Source of the DNA: Ignavibacteriales bacterium
GTDB taxonomy: Bacteria; Bacteroidota; Ignavibacteria; UBA10030; UBA6906
Direction of reading: 5' to 3'
Assembly (NCBI GenBank): GCA_037441705.1
Contig: JBBIRR010000001.1
Coordinates: 96,001 to 160,000, forward strand
DNA: 64,000 nt
Shown: positions 1 through 8,213 of the stretch, piece by piece
Position numbering within the stretch: the first letter of the stretch is position 1
How the letters are laid out: each line of letters begins with the position of its first letter
The notes under the pieces: model-generated
What the model saw: only the letters and a program-made list of their open reading frames with translations
Databases searched by the model: none
What the model was told of the DNA's origin: nothing
Translations under genes and position numbers: made by a program

Positions 1-89
1 ATCAACTGCTTGGGCAAAGGTTCAACCTGGTGTTCGGACGTCTGATACGACCGGCCTGGAGATTGCGCAGGGAGTGCCGATGTTGTCAT
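1..89 (-). CDS. Possible 5' end of the next gene (MTTSALPAQSPGRSYQTSEHQVEPLPKQL...), truncated by the window edge
   Basis: ATG at 89, 18 nt past the stop of the co-oriented activator gene; frame open to the window edge; no recognisable motif. Confidence 0.3.
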   Translation of the reverse strand, partial: MTTSALPAQSPGRSYQTSEHQVEPLPKQL

Positions 90-107
90 GGAGGGGTCTT
101 TCCAAGG

Positions 108-1571
108 TTATTGTTGAATGTCCGCCGGGCGATCTGCAACAACGGTGAAGCTCCGCTGCTCAGGGTGAATACCAAGCTGATCCATGCGGTAGCGGAGCTT
201 CGAGCGTGTGAGGCCGAGAATCCGTGCGGCGTGCACCTGGTTGCCGTTGGTGAGAGCGAGCGTCTGCAAGATGAGATCCCGCACCACATGCGCCATGGTG
301 ACACCGGTTCGAGGGATCTCAAGGCGGTAGGTATTGCTGCTTGCCTGTCCATTCGTCGCTTTACTGTTACCGGAAGCCAGGAAGGAAAACTGCTCGGCGG
401 TGAGCAACGGCCCGTTATTGAGAAGGACAACGCGTTCGATTGCATTGCGCAGTTCTCGTACGTTCCCTTTCCAGGGCAAGCTTTGCAGGAGCGTGAGCGC
501 ATCGTCCGAAAGTTTTGGCACCTGTTTGTTGAACTTCTTGCTGAACTCCTGCAAGAATGCATACGAGATGACGGCAATGTCTTCCTTGCGCTCGCGCAGC
601 GGGGCGATTCGTACCAATGCAACGTTCAATCGGTAGAAGAGGTCTTCGCGGAATCTCCCCTCTTCGACTTCCTTGGCAAGGTCCCTGTTCGACGCGGCAA
701 TCACGCGAACGTCGACCGTCAGCTCGCGGGTGCCGCCGAGCCGGTAGAAACGATGATCCTCCAGCACGCGCAGCAGTTTGACCTGCATGTCCAGCGACAG
801 TTCGCCGATCTCGTCCAGGAAGATGGTGCCGCCGTTTGCCAGTTCGAACTTGCCCTGCCGCATCCGATCCGTCGCGCCGGTGAAGGCTCCTTTCTCATAG
901 CCGAAGAATTCACTTTCGGCGAGATTCTTCGGGATGGCTCCGCAGTTCAGGGTGATGAACGGCTTGTCGGCGCGAGCACTTTTCTGGTAGATGAAACGCG
1001 CCAGCAGTTCCTTGCCTGTCCCGCTTTCTCCTTCCAACAGAACCGTCGTATCCGTCTGTGCGAGTTTCTCAGCCGTCTCCAGCGTGCGCCGGAGGGCCGG
1101 GCTTCTGCCGATAATCCCGCTGCGCACACGCTGCTCCTCCAATTCGGTTTGCAGGAGCTCGACCTTCCGCTTGAGGCGCGACTGTTCCATCGCCTTTTCA
1201 ATCAACACACTCAAATGCGAAAGATCGAACGGCTTGAGGACGAAATCGATCGCCCCTTCCTTCATGGCCTCAACGGCAAGCGCAACATCAGCGTGGCCCG
1301 TCATCATCAACACGGGTGTGTCGTTCCCCTCTTCCTTCATCTTGCGCAGCAATTGTAGGCCGTTCACCTTCCCCATGAAGATGTCCAGCAGCACCAGGTC
1401 CGGATTCACGTCGGCGAGTGTCGACAGAAACTGCTCACCGGAAAGACACGTGCTGACGGAGTAGCCCGAAGAACCAAGAATGTTCTGCAGGCTTTCGGTC
1501 AGAATTTTTTCGTCATCGACGACGAGGATTCTCCCTCTTGACATAAATGGTTCGTCCCCCCAATGGTTCAT
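108..1571 (-). CDS. Sigma54-dependent response regulator (NtrC/FleR family: REC, AAA+, Fis-type HTH)
   Basis: REC (ILVVDDE, LLDIFM); Walker A GESGTGKE; intact GAFTGA; FLDEIGE; [11 protein letters not shown]; WKGNVREL; C-terminal [15 protein letters not shown]. Alternative start at 1544. Confidence 0.95.
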   Translation of the reverse strand: MNHWGDEPFMSRGRILVVDDEKILTESLQNILGSSGYSVSTCLSGEQFLSTLADVNPDLVLLDIFMGKVNGLQLLRKMKEEGNDTPVLMMTGHADVALAVEAMKEGAIDFVLKPFDLSHLSVLIEKAMEQSRLKRKVELLQTELEEQRVRSGIIGRSPALRRTLETAEKLAQTDTTVLLEGESGTGKELLARFIYQKSARADKPFITLNCGAIPKNLAESEFFGYEKGAFTGATDRMRQGKFELANGGTIFLDEIGELSLDMQVKLLRVLEDHRFYRLGGTRELTVDVRVIAASNRDLAKEVEEGRFREDLFYRLNVALVRIAPLRERKEDIAVISYAFLQEFSKKFNKQVPKLSDDALTLLQSLPWKGNVRELRNAIERVVLLNNGPLLTAEQFSFLASGNSKATNGQASSNTYRLEIPRTGVTMAHVVRDLILQTLALTNGNQVHAARILGLTRSKLRYRMDQLGIHPEQRSFTVVADRPADIQQ

Positions 1572-3232
1572 TGAATAGGAAACAGGAGCCGCGCAATGGT
1601 GCCCCCACCAACTGCCGGCTCGATGCGAATCTCGGCTTTGTGTTTGTCCATGATCTGCTTGGAAAGCGCTAAGCCCAACCCGGTGCCGCCGAGTTTGGTG
1701 GTATGGAACGGCTCGAACAGATGCTTCATCTGTTCGGGCGGGATACCGGGCCCGCGATCGAGAATGACAACCGCTACACGCTGACCGGCCTGTGTGCCGC
1801 GCGCCTTCACATCCTCAAACAGACACGTCGAGACGGTGACGGTGCCGTGCTCGGGCGTGCAATCAATGGCATTCTGGATGAGGTTCAGCACCACCTGCTC
1901 GATTTGCTTTGCTTCCACGTTGACCGGCGGAAGGTCATCGGCGAGGTTGGTTTCGACCGTGATGTTCTTCTGCGCAAGATGGGTTTTCAGAAAGCGGACT
2001 GCCTCGCTGACAATCCCGTTGATATTTTCAGGCCTCACAATTGGAGGCGTGACGCGGGCAAGGTTCAGCGTGTTCTCGATAATTTTGCCGATGCGCTGCG
2101 CACCATCGATCGCGAAGTCCAACGCCGTCTTGTCGGGAAAGTTAGGCGGAAGACGCTTTGCAAGGTACTGCAGGTTCAGCGTGATGGCCGCAAGCGGATT
2201 GCGGATGTCATGCGCGATGCTCGCCGCAAGTCGCCCCATGAACGCCATCTTCTCCGACTGAAGCAGGTGCCGTCGCATCTTCTTCTGCTCGGTAATGTCA
2301 AGGGCATAGAGCAAGATCTTCTTGTCGGTTTGCTCGGCATACGGACCGACAGCAAGCTCTACTTCGACGAACGCGCCGTCTTTCCGCCGCAGGAAGGTTT
2401 CCTTGGAAAAGAATGCGCCGGATTGGAGGATGGACTTGGCCGTGGAGGCATCCTCCACGAACGAGAGCGGCTCCAGCGACAGGAGTTCTTCACGTGAGTA
2501 CCCCAGAAGCGACAGGCCCTCGGCATTCACGTCCAGCACGGAGCCGTCTTCTCTGCTCAGAATGAAAATCCCGACGCTGGCGTGCTCGAAGAGATTGCGA
2601 TACCGCGCTTCCGACGCCTGAATCTCTCGGTTCTTGCGCGCAAGGGTCTCGGCATACAACTCCAACTCGTGCATCTTCTCTTCGAGTTTCTTGACAATCA
2701 ACGCGTGATGGCGCTGAAGAAAGGCAACATCGTCCACGGGCGCCGTGGACACCTGCACGAGCGAGGGCCGTGCTTCTGTCGACTTCCCATACTTCTGACG
2801 GAGAAGATCGTCCACGGCCTGCATGAGAGCCGTCAGCCCCTCAACCTTCATTACATAGGCATCGACGCCGATACTTTTGGCAAAGTCCTGATCCTCGACA
2901 TCAACGTAGTGGCCGGTGTAGATGATGAATGGAATGCCAGAGTACTTTCGGTGTTGCCTCACCTCGCGGCAAAGCTGGAAGCCGTCCATCGTCGGCATCA
3001 TCGCATCCGACACAATAAGATGAATCTCCATCTCCTCGAGACGCTGCAGCGCCTCTTCGCCCGATTCCGCCGAAACGACCGCAAACCCCTGGCCCGAAAG
3101 TACCTCCTGAAGCAGGTGCAGGTTCTCCGCCAGATCATCAACCACCAGAACGCGCACGCTGCTCGGGGTGAGTTCCGCTAAAGTCGCTGAAGGGCTGCTC
3201 ACCCCCGTGACCATATCTCCCCTGATAGACAT
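1568..3232 (-). CDS. Cytoplasmic hybrid sensor histidine kinase (REC-PAS-HisKA-HATPase)
   Basis: N-terminal REC (VLVVDD, SDAMMP); PAS (YRNLFEHA...DVNAEG...LGYSREEL); H-box AHDIRNPL; N-box NLIQNA; DRGPG and GTGLGL; no TM segment. Alternative start at 3214. Confidence 0.93.
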   Translation of the reverse strand: MSIRGDMVTGVSSPSATLAELTPSSVRVLVVDDLAENLHLLQEVLSGQGFAVVSAESGEEALQRLEEMEIHLIVSDAMMPTMDGFQLCREVRQHRKYSGIPFIIYTGHYVDVEDQDFAKSIGVDAYVMKVEGLTALMQAVDDLLRQKYGKSTEARPSLVQVSTAPVDDVAFLQRHHALIVKKLEEKMHELELYAETLARKNREIQASEARYRNLFEHASVGIFILSREDGSVLDVNAEGLSLLGYSREELLSLEPLSFVEDASTAKSILQSGAFFSKETFLRRKDGAFVEVELAVGPYAEQTDKKILLYALDITEQKKMRRHLLQSEKMAFMGRLAASIAHDIRNPLAAITLNLQYLAKRLPPNFPDKTALDFAIDGAQRIGKIIENTLNLARVTPPIVRPENINGIVSEAVRFLKTHLAQKNITVETNLADDLPPVNVEAKQIEQVVLNLIQNAIDCTPEHGTVTVSTCLFEDVKARGTQAGQRVAVVILDRGPGIPPEQMKHLFEPFHTTKLGGTGLGLALSKQIMDKHKAEIRIEPAVGGGTIARLLFPIQ

Positions 3233-3438
3233 TATTCCCCTGACGAACTGTAGAACGATGAAGTCTCTTCGTACTTCTCTCCAGCCAAATGTACAATAGT
3301 TCTCATCTGTTCACAATACGCCAAAGAGCGTAATTTCATCACGTTCAACATCGTATTTTTTGTTCGGAATGAGCAACGCGTGTGTGTAAAGCGCGGGCAA
3401 ACAGACAACGATGTGTGGAGGGGAGGCGGCGTTACCGC

Positions 3439-4104
3439 TTACCGCTGCATGATCACAATTCCGTTCTTGATGGCGTACGTCACCAACCCGGCGGTGTCGT
3501 GGATGTCGAGCTTCTTCATGATATTATGACGGTGGGTGTCAACGGTTCGCACGCTGATCTGCAGACGATCGGCGATCTGCTGGTGGAGATAGCCCTCGGC
3601 AATCAGTTGAAGAATCTCGCGTTCACGGGCGGTGAGAGGTCGCGACGGTTTTCTGCCGGGCGCGGTTGAGGGACGGCTGACGTAGCTATCGATGATGATC
3701 TTCGAAACCGATGGACTGAAGAACGCCTGGCCGCTATGAACACTCCGGATTGCGGCGTAGAGATCTTCCAGGAAACTATTCTTGAGGATGTAACCGTTGG
3801 CTCCCGATTGAATCGTCTGCAGGATGTACTCGTCGTTGTCGTATCCCGAGAGCACCAACACTTTCATCTCCGGCATCCTCTTCTTGATCTGCCGGGTCGC
3901 TTCCAGCCCATTGAGGATGGGCATGCCGATATCCATGAGCACGACGTCGGGATTTTTGCTGACGGCAAGGTCAACAGCCTCGCGCCCGTTCTCCGCCTCG
4001 GCGACAACCTCGAAATCGGGATTCAGTGAAAGAAGAGACACTATGCCGCTGCGAACGATCGTATGATCGTCCGCAACAAGGATGGTGATTTTTTTTGCTG
4101 ACAT
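3439..4104 (-). CDS. NarL/LuxR (DegU-like) response regulator
   Basis: VADDH...MDIGMP REC; LTAREREIL...IADRLQISVRTVDTHRHNIMKKL HTH; start set to MSAKK after a GGGGAG RBS. Confidence 0.95.
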   Translation of the reverse strand: MSAKKITILVADDHTIVRSGIVSLLSLNPDFEVVAEAENGREAVDLAVSKNPDVVLMDIGMPILNGLEATRQIKKRMPEMKVLVLSGYDNDEYILQTIQSGANGYILKNSFLEDLYAAIRSVHSGQAFFSPSVSKIIIDSYVSRPSTAPGRKPSRPLTAREREILQLIAEGYLHQQIADRLQISVRTVDTHRHNIMKKLDIHDTAGLVTYAIKNGIVIMQR

Positions 4105-4251
4105 CAGTGCATCTCCCCCATTACCATTGGATGCCGAGAGAAGAGGTGGAGCGAACACCGTCAATATAACGAAACGAAAGGGAAAATCAATCGCTGCGAG
4201 GTGGGTGCGTGAGATGGGTCAAGGGTGACCTGATGGCAAGAAATGACCCCG

Positions 4252-4518
4252 CTACGCCGTCGGCGGCCGTTTCAAGTCCTTCATCAGCCCCTCAACAACT
4301 TTTTCGGTCACCGCGCGGGTTTCGTAGAACCCAGACTTCACGCGCTCCTGGATTTCTGCAAATCGCCGAACCCGTTCTGCTGCAAACAATTGCAGCGACT
4401 CTTCCGAAAGCTCGACCTTGTCCTGGCCACCGGGTGCCAGAGTGGACTTGTCTTTGGTTTTTGCGTTGTCAACAACGGGCGGTACGGTATGTCCGAACCC
4501 AATTCTTTCGATAGCCAT
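4252..4518 (-). CDS. flgM: Flagellar anti-sigma28 factor FlgM-like
   Basis: About 88 aa; DKVELS motif then RFAEIQERVKSGFY, matching the FlgM C-terminal pattern; inside the flagellar cluster. Confidence 0.75.
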   Translation of the reverse strand: MAIERIGFGHTVPPVVDNAKTKDKSTLAPGGQDKVELSEESLQLFAAERVRRFAEIQERVKSGFYETRAVTEKVVEGLMKDLKRPPTA

Positions 4519-4529
4519 GACGCTTCCTC

Positions 4530-4880
4530 TCAACGTGAATAGGCAAGAAGCTGTTTTTGGTTGCGTGCCTGCCGCAATTGTTCTGCAACTTCATCCTTTT
4601 TGTGAACGACCAACGTCCTGAGCTGGTGATCGGTATTCTGCAACAGGTCGGTGAGGGGTTTCAACCGAACCAGGTCTCCTCGGATACTATCGGCATTCTG
4701 CCGGAAATCTTTCCACTGCGCCAGCAGAACGGACTGCTGTTCTAACAGTTTTTCGCGGCGGTCCAGAAGTTCGTGCAACGATGAAAGATCGTCGCCCTGG
4801 ACGGTCGAGCAGAGCTGCCGCGTCACCTCGATCAGCGAAAGCAGCGTTGAACGAAGCAGGTCAAACGTCGCCGTGCTCAT
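4530..4880 (-). CDS. fliT: Flagellar export chaperone, FliT-like (FlgN-like not excluded)
   Basis: 116-aa helical protein with LHELLDRREKLL and a C-terminal ...LLAY; sits beside fliD/flaG/flgM. Confidence 0.6.
   Translation of the reverse strand: MSTATFDLLRSTLLSLIEVTRQLCSTVQGDDLSSLHELLDRREKLLEQQSVLLAQWKDFRQNADSIRGDLVRLKPLTDLLQNTDHQLRTLVVHKKDEVAEQLRQARNQKQLLAYSR
4687..4713 (-). promoter_or_regulatory. Candidate sigma28 promoter for flgM, internal to fliT
   Basis: Minus strand GAAAG-N14-GCCGATAG against consensus TAAAG-N14-GCCGATAA; about 170 nt upstream of flgM. Confidence 0.55.
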
Positions 4881-5233
4881 GCGTTCCCGTCAATCAAAAG
4901 ACCCAGGAGCTTGCTGAGCCGGGAAGCAATCCGCAGCGCTTCTTCTGCCGGAATCTGGCGGATGACCTCGTGCGTCTTGCTGTTGATAATCTTCAGCACA
5001 ATCTTGTCGGTCTCTTTATCGACCGAGAAGTTCAGCTCCGTGTGCATGGCCAGTAGATTGTCGTTCACCTCTCGCACAATTCTTTCCACTTCTTCTTGCG
5101 AGAGTTTTTTTTGCTGATGGGACTGCTGCACCTGCGCGTCGCCCTGCATCGAGCGGCGTGTCGGCTCCATGAACAGTTTTTCGGGGGAAGACACTTGCAT
5201 CGGTGCAAGTGGTGTTTCAATCGCTAATGACAT
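4877..5233 (-). CDS. flaG: Flagellar protein FlaG
   Basis: ELNFSVDKETDKIVLKIINSKTHEVIRQIPAEEAL...LGLLID signature. Confidence 0.93.
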   Translation of the reverse strand: MSLAIETPLAPMQVSSPEKLFMEPTRRSMQGDAQVQQSHQQKKLSQEEVERIVREVNDNLLAMHTELNFSVDKETDKIVLKIINSKTHEVIRQIPAEEALRIASRLSKLLGLLIDGNA

Positions 5234-5250
5234 TTCCTTGTCCTCCCTGC

Positions 5251-6690
5251 TTAATAACCATAAAGTTGTAATGACAGTCTCGAAATCGCTTGTGATTGTA
5301 ATGAGATTCTGTTGAGCGTATTTTGCAGCGCCTCAAACTGAAGTCTGAAAGCCTCCACCCTTCGGTCGATTTGCGCATTGGTTCTGGTCAGCGCCGTACG
5401 GATGTTGGTGAGCTGATCCTGCGTCCCGTCGCGCACAACATCAATCTGTCCGCCGAACGAGGTGAACGTTTCCAACAAGCTGCTCAGTCGTACCGCCAAT
5501 CCATCCGAGGCATTGAACAGATCCGACACCTTGCGCACGTCGCTGGCGAGTGCATCGTTAAGTTTTGCCGGATCGCTCAGACTCAACTTGCCGTCACTTC
5601 CCGCCTTGATGCCGATCTCCGAGAGCAGCGAGGGATTCCCCGGACTCACACCAGTAACGGCACTGCTCATCAGGGTACGCAGATTGATCTTCAAATCCTT
5701 GAAGAGCTGATCGCTCGCCAGAATCTCTCGTGTCTTGTTCTCCGGATTCACGGACGTCTTTGACTGCAAGAAGCCCAAGGCGTCGTTGTAGGCGGTGATA
5801 AACTGCTCAATCGCCGCCTTCACTTTCTCCTTATCTATTCCGATCGTGAGCGTCACGGGGGTATCGTTTATTCCCTGAACGCCCTTCAGCTCCAGGGTCA
5901 CACCGGTCAGCACGTCGCTCACCGAATTGCTGCCGCGCACGATATCAATCCCATCAAGCTTAAACTTTGCATCAAGTGCATCGGTCGAGGAAACGAGATA
6001 TCCCCCTGTCGTGCTCGTCGAAGCCGTCCTGCCGGCGATGACGTTGTCATCGAGACCGATTGCATCGAGGATATTTCCCGATACATCCTCGAGCACCACA
6101 GCGTTGCTCGAACCGGTTTCCTTGCTGGTGACCACAAGGCGACTGGTGCCGGTGGTATCGGCAACGACCGAGGCAGTTACCTTCGCTCCGGAAGCGGCAT
6201 TGATGGCGGAAGCGAGATTGCTGAGTACCGTGCTGTTGGACTGTCCTGCCTCCACATCAAACGACACGTCCGTCGCTACGCCGTTGACCGTGATGCGGAT
6301 GGTTTTTGTTCCGGGTCCATCTCCGTCGGCAATGCTCGTTGACGCGCTCGACAGACGCGACGAGAGCACCGTGTCATTCTTTGCAAGCTGGGTGACCAGC
6401 AGCGTGTGCGTGCCGGGCGCAGCCGAAGACGTGGCCGTCCCCCCGACAACCGACGGCAGCGAACTTTCCACGGAATACACGCTGAACTTCGACAGCGAGC
6501 CTGTCGCTTTCATCTCCTTTGCAAGCGAGTGAAGCGCCGTCAGCTTTGTCTTGAGATCCGCAAGAACGGACAGCCGCGCGTTCAGCGACGTCCGCCGGCT
6601 CTCCAACGTGCGTACCGGCTTGCTGATGCTGAGCCGATACTGCTGTACGAGAGACTCGATCTGACTTGCTATGTTGGAAATCTCTGCCAT
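5251..6690 (-). CDS. fliD: Flagellar filament cap protein FliD
   Basis: VTQLAK; DAKFKLDGIDIVRGSNSVSDVLTGVTLEL; FITAYND; LSEIGI; C-terminal coiled coil QFEALQ; start set to MAEIS. Confidence 0.93.
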   Translation of the reverse strand: MAEISNIASQIESLVQQYRLSISKPVRTLESRRTSLNARLSVLADLKTKLTALHSLAKEMKATGSLSKFSVYSVESSLPSVVGGTATSSAAPGTHTLLVTQLAKNDTVLSSRLSSASTSIADGDGPGTKTIRITVNGVATDVSFDVEAGQSNSTVLSNLASAINAASGAKVTASVVADTTGTSRLVVTSKETGSSNAVVLEDVSGNILDAIGLDDNVIAGRTASTSTTGGYLVSSTDALDAKFKLDGIDIVRGSNSVSDVLTGVTLELKGVQGINDTPVTLTIGIDKEKVKAAIEQFITAYNDALGFLQSKTSVNPENKTREILASDQLFKDLKINLRTLMSSAVTGVSPGNPSLLSEIGIKAGSDGKLSLSDPAKLNDALASDVRKVSDLFNASDGLAVRLSSLLETFTSFGGQIDVVRDGTQDQLTNIRTALTRTNAQIDRRVEAFRLQFEALQNTLNRISLQSQAISRLSLQLYGY

Positions 6691-6709
6691 CGTCGTTGCT
6701 TCTGAACAC

Positions 6710-7069
6710 TTAGAGTTTGAACGCCTCTTTCCATGCCGAGCGGAGTTCCTCAAGGACTTCCGCAGCGTCGTCGTGTTTGCCCTGCCGTAGACAGTATTTT
6801 GAGTACTGATAGAGCCGGTACAGGCTTACGGCGACCTCCTGGTATTCAAAATTCAATGCAGCAATCAGTTCATTCACGGCTCGGTTTGCCAGCGGCACAT
6901 CGTTCTTCTTGATGGCCTGAATGGCAATGCCATAGAGCCTGTGGATGACCTCCACGGGAGACAGATTCAAGAGCTGCTCGTTGCGATAGGTTGCCAGCGC
7001 CGATTGAACGCGTGGACCAACAAACAACCGCTCAGCCGCGGGGACTTGTGCCTGTGTTGCTGCCTGCAT
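6710..7069 (-). CDS. fliS: Flagellin chaperone FliS
   Basis: SPVEVIHRLY, ELIAALNFE, LYRLYQY, ELRSAWKE motifs. Confidence 0.9.
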   Translation of the reverse strand: MQAATQAQVPAAERLFVGPRVQSALATYRNEQLLNLSPVEVIHRLYGIAIQAIKKNDVPLANRAVNELIAALNFEYQEVAVSLYRLYQYSKYCLRQGKHDDAAEVLEELRSAWKEAFKL

Positions 7070-7112
7070 GAGAGATCAACCTCCGTTCGTCGTCATTGTG
7101 TGAGATAATACG

Positions 7113-7139
7113 GGAGGGCGCCTTACGGGGCGCCGCTCC
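7113..7139 (-). terminator. GC-rich hairpin after fliC (partial terminator or mRNA stabiliser)
   Basis: Minus strand GGAGCGGCGCCCC-GTAA-GGCGCCCTCC, GNRA-type loop; weak U tract. Confidence 0.55.
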
Positions 7140-7170
7140 TGTTGTTCGTCAGGCCACTGTGTCGTCGAGA

Positions 7171-7995
7171 TTATCGAAACAGTGACAGGAACACCTGCGG
7201 CGATGCATTCGCCTGCGCCAGCATCGACGTGGCCGTTTGCTGGAGGATCTGCAGCTTCGCAGCCTTGATCTGCTCCTTGGCAATGTCGGCATCGAAGATG
7301 CGGCTCTTTGCTGCCTCCGTGTTCGTGATGGCGGTGTTGAGGTTCGCCTCCTTCGCGGACAGGCGGTTCAACGAGGCGCCGATATCGCCGATGGCAGTGT
7401 TCACCGTCGCCAAGCCCGTATCCACCGTCAATGTGGAGACGTTGGCCGAGGTGATGCTGCCCGCTGTAACGCCAAGCAGTGCCGCCGAGGAAACACTCGC
7501 GCTGAACGACACGGTGTACACCTCTGTGCTTGCCTCACCAACCTGGAAGTTTTCCGAGTAGGTACCGCTGAGCAGTTGCACACCGTTGAACTTCGCCGAG
7601 GCGACGATGTCGTCGATTTCCGCAGCAAGGGCGCTGATCTCGGTCGCGATGGCTGTCTTCTCATCGGCACCGAAGGCACCGTTGATGAAGCGCGTCTGCT
7701 TCTCCTTCACCTGCACCAGAAGATCGGCAATCTTCTGATACGCGCCTTCAGCAACACCGTAGGTGGACTGGGCATCGCCGACGGTGTCCAGAGCAGAGTT
7801 CATCGCGCGAATGCGTCCCTCCATTTTCTTGGAGATGACGTATCCCGACGGATCATCTGCAGCCGTGTTGATGCGCCGACCCGTTGCCAGACGCTCCTGA
7901 TGCATGCTGAGATCACGGTTGATTGCGTTCAACGCATTCAACGCGTTCATCGCAGCAACGTTCGTGTTGATACGAGCACCACCGGTTAATGGCAT
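7171..7995 (-). CDS. fliC: Flagellin, short form (274 aa)
   Basis: RINTNVAAMNA, ERLATGRRINTAADDPSG, SRIFDADIAKE, QILQQTATSMLAQAN; strong AAGGAGG RBS. Confidence 0.97.
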   Translation of the reverse strand: MPLTGGARINTNVAAMNALNALNAINRDLSMHQERLATGRRINTAADDPSGYVISKKMEGRIRAMNSALDTVGDAQSTYGVAEGAYQKIADLLVQVKEKQTRFINGAFGADEKTAIATEISALAAEIDDIVASAKFNGVQLLSGTYSENFQVGEASTEVYTVSFSASVSSAALLGVTAGSITSANVSTLTVDTGLATVNTAIGDIGASLNRLSAKEANLNTAITNTEAAKSRIFDADIAKEQIKAAKLQILQQTATSMLAQANASPQVFLSLFR

Positions 7996-8000
7996 AACTA

Positions 8001-8046
8001 CCTCCTTGTATTGTGTGTATTGATCTCCCAGGCTTCCCTGCCCGGG
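8001..8046 (-). promoter_or_regulatory. Candidate CsrA/RsmA sites in the fliC leader
   Basis: Hairpin CCCGGGC-AGGGAA-GCCUGGG (8027-8046) presents ANGGA in its loop; a second AAGGA overlaps the SD. Confidence 0.55.
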
Positions 8047-8082
8047 CGTTCTTTGTTGGAGCAGTTTTTTGCTCTACACTCA

Positions 8083-8109
8083 TTATCGGAGATGCGCGGA
8101 ATTTCTTTA
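8083..8109 (-). promoter_or_regulatory. Sigma28 (FliA) promoter of fliC
   Basis: Minus strand TAAA-N15-TCCGATAA with canonical spacing, about 90 nt upstream of the flagellin ATG. Confidence 0.85.
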
Positions 8110-8213
8110 GGGGCAGGCGGGCTAATCTTTTGTGGTACAAAGACTTAGGTGACAGCGCGGCGCCCTTCAGAGAAAGTGTGAAATACGCTTCGTTTCTTGC
8201 GCGCCCGAAGGGG

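Noticed and set aside
30-1358. 442-aa + strand ORF, and similar long antisense ORFs (9862-11319, 14868-16022, 20792-22264, 39216-40736, 47811-49526, 51310-52479, 58139-59182, 61741-62847)
   Set aside because: They shadow well-supported genes on the opposite strand, which is expected in GC-rich DNA; no motifs or RBS
7171-7197. TTCGATAA at the fliC stop as a sigma28 -10 for fliS
   Set aside because: Two mismatches, no -35 element, and it coincides with the final codons
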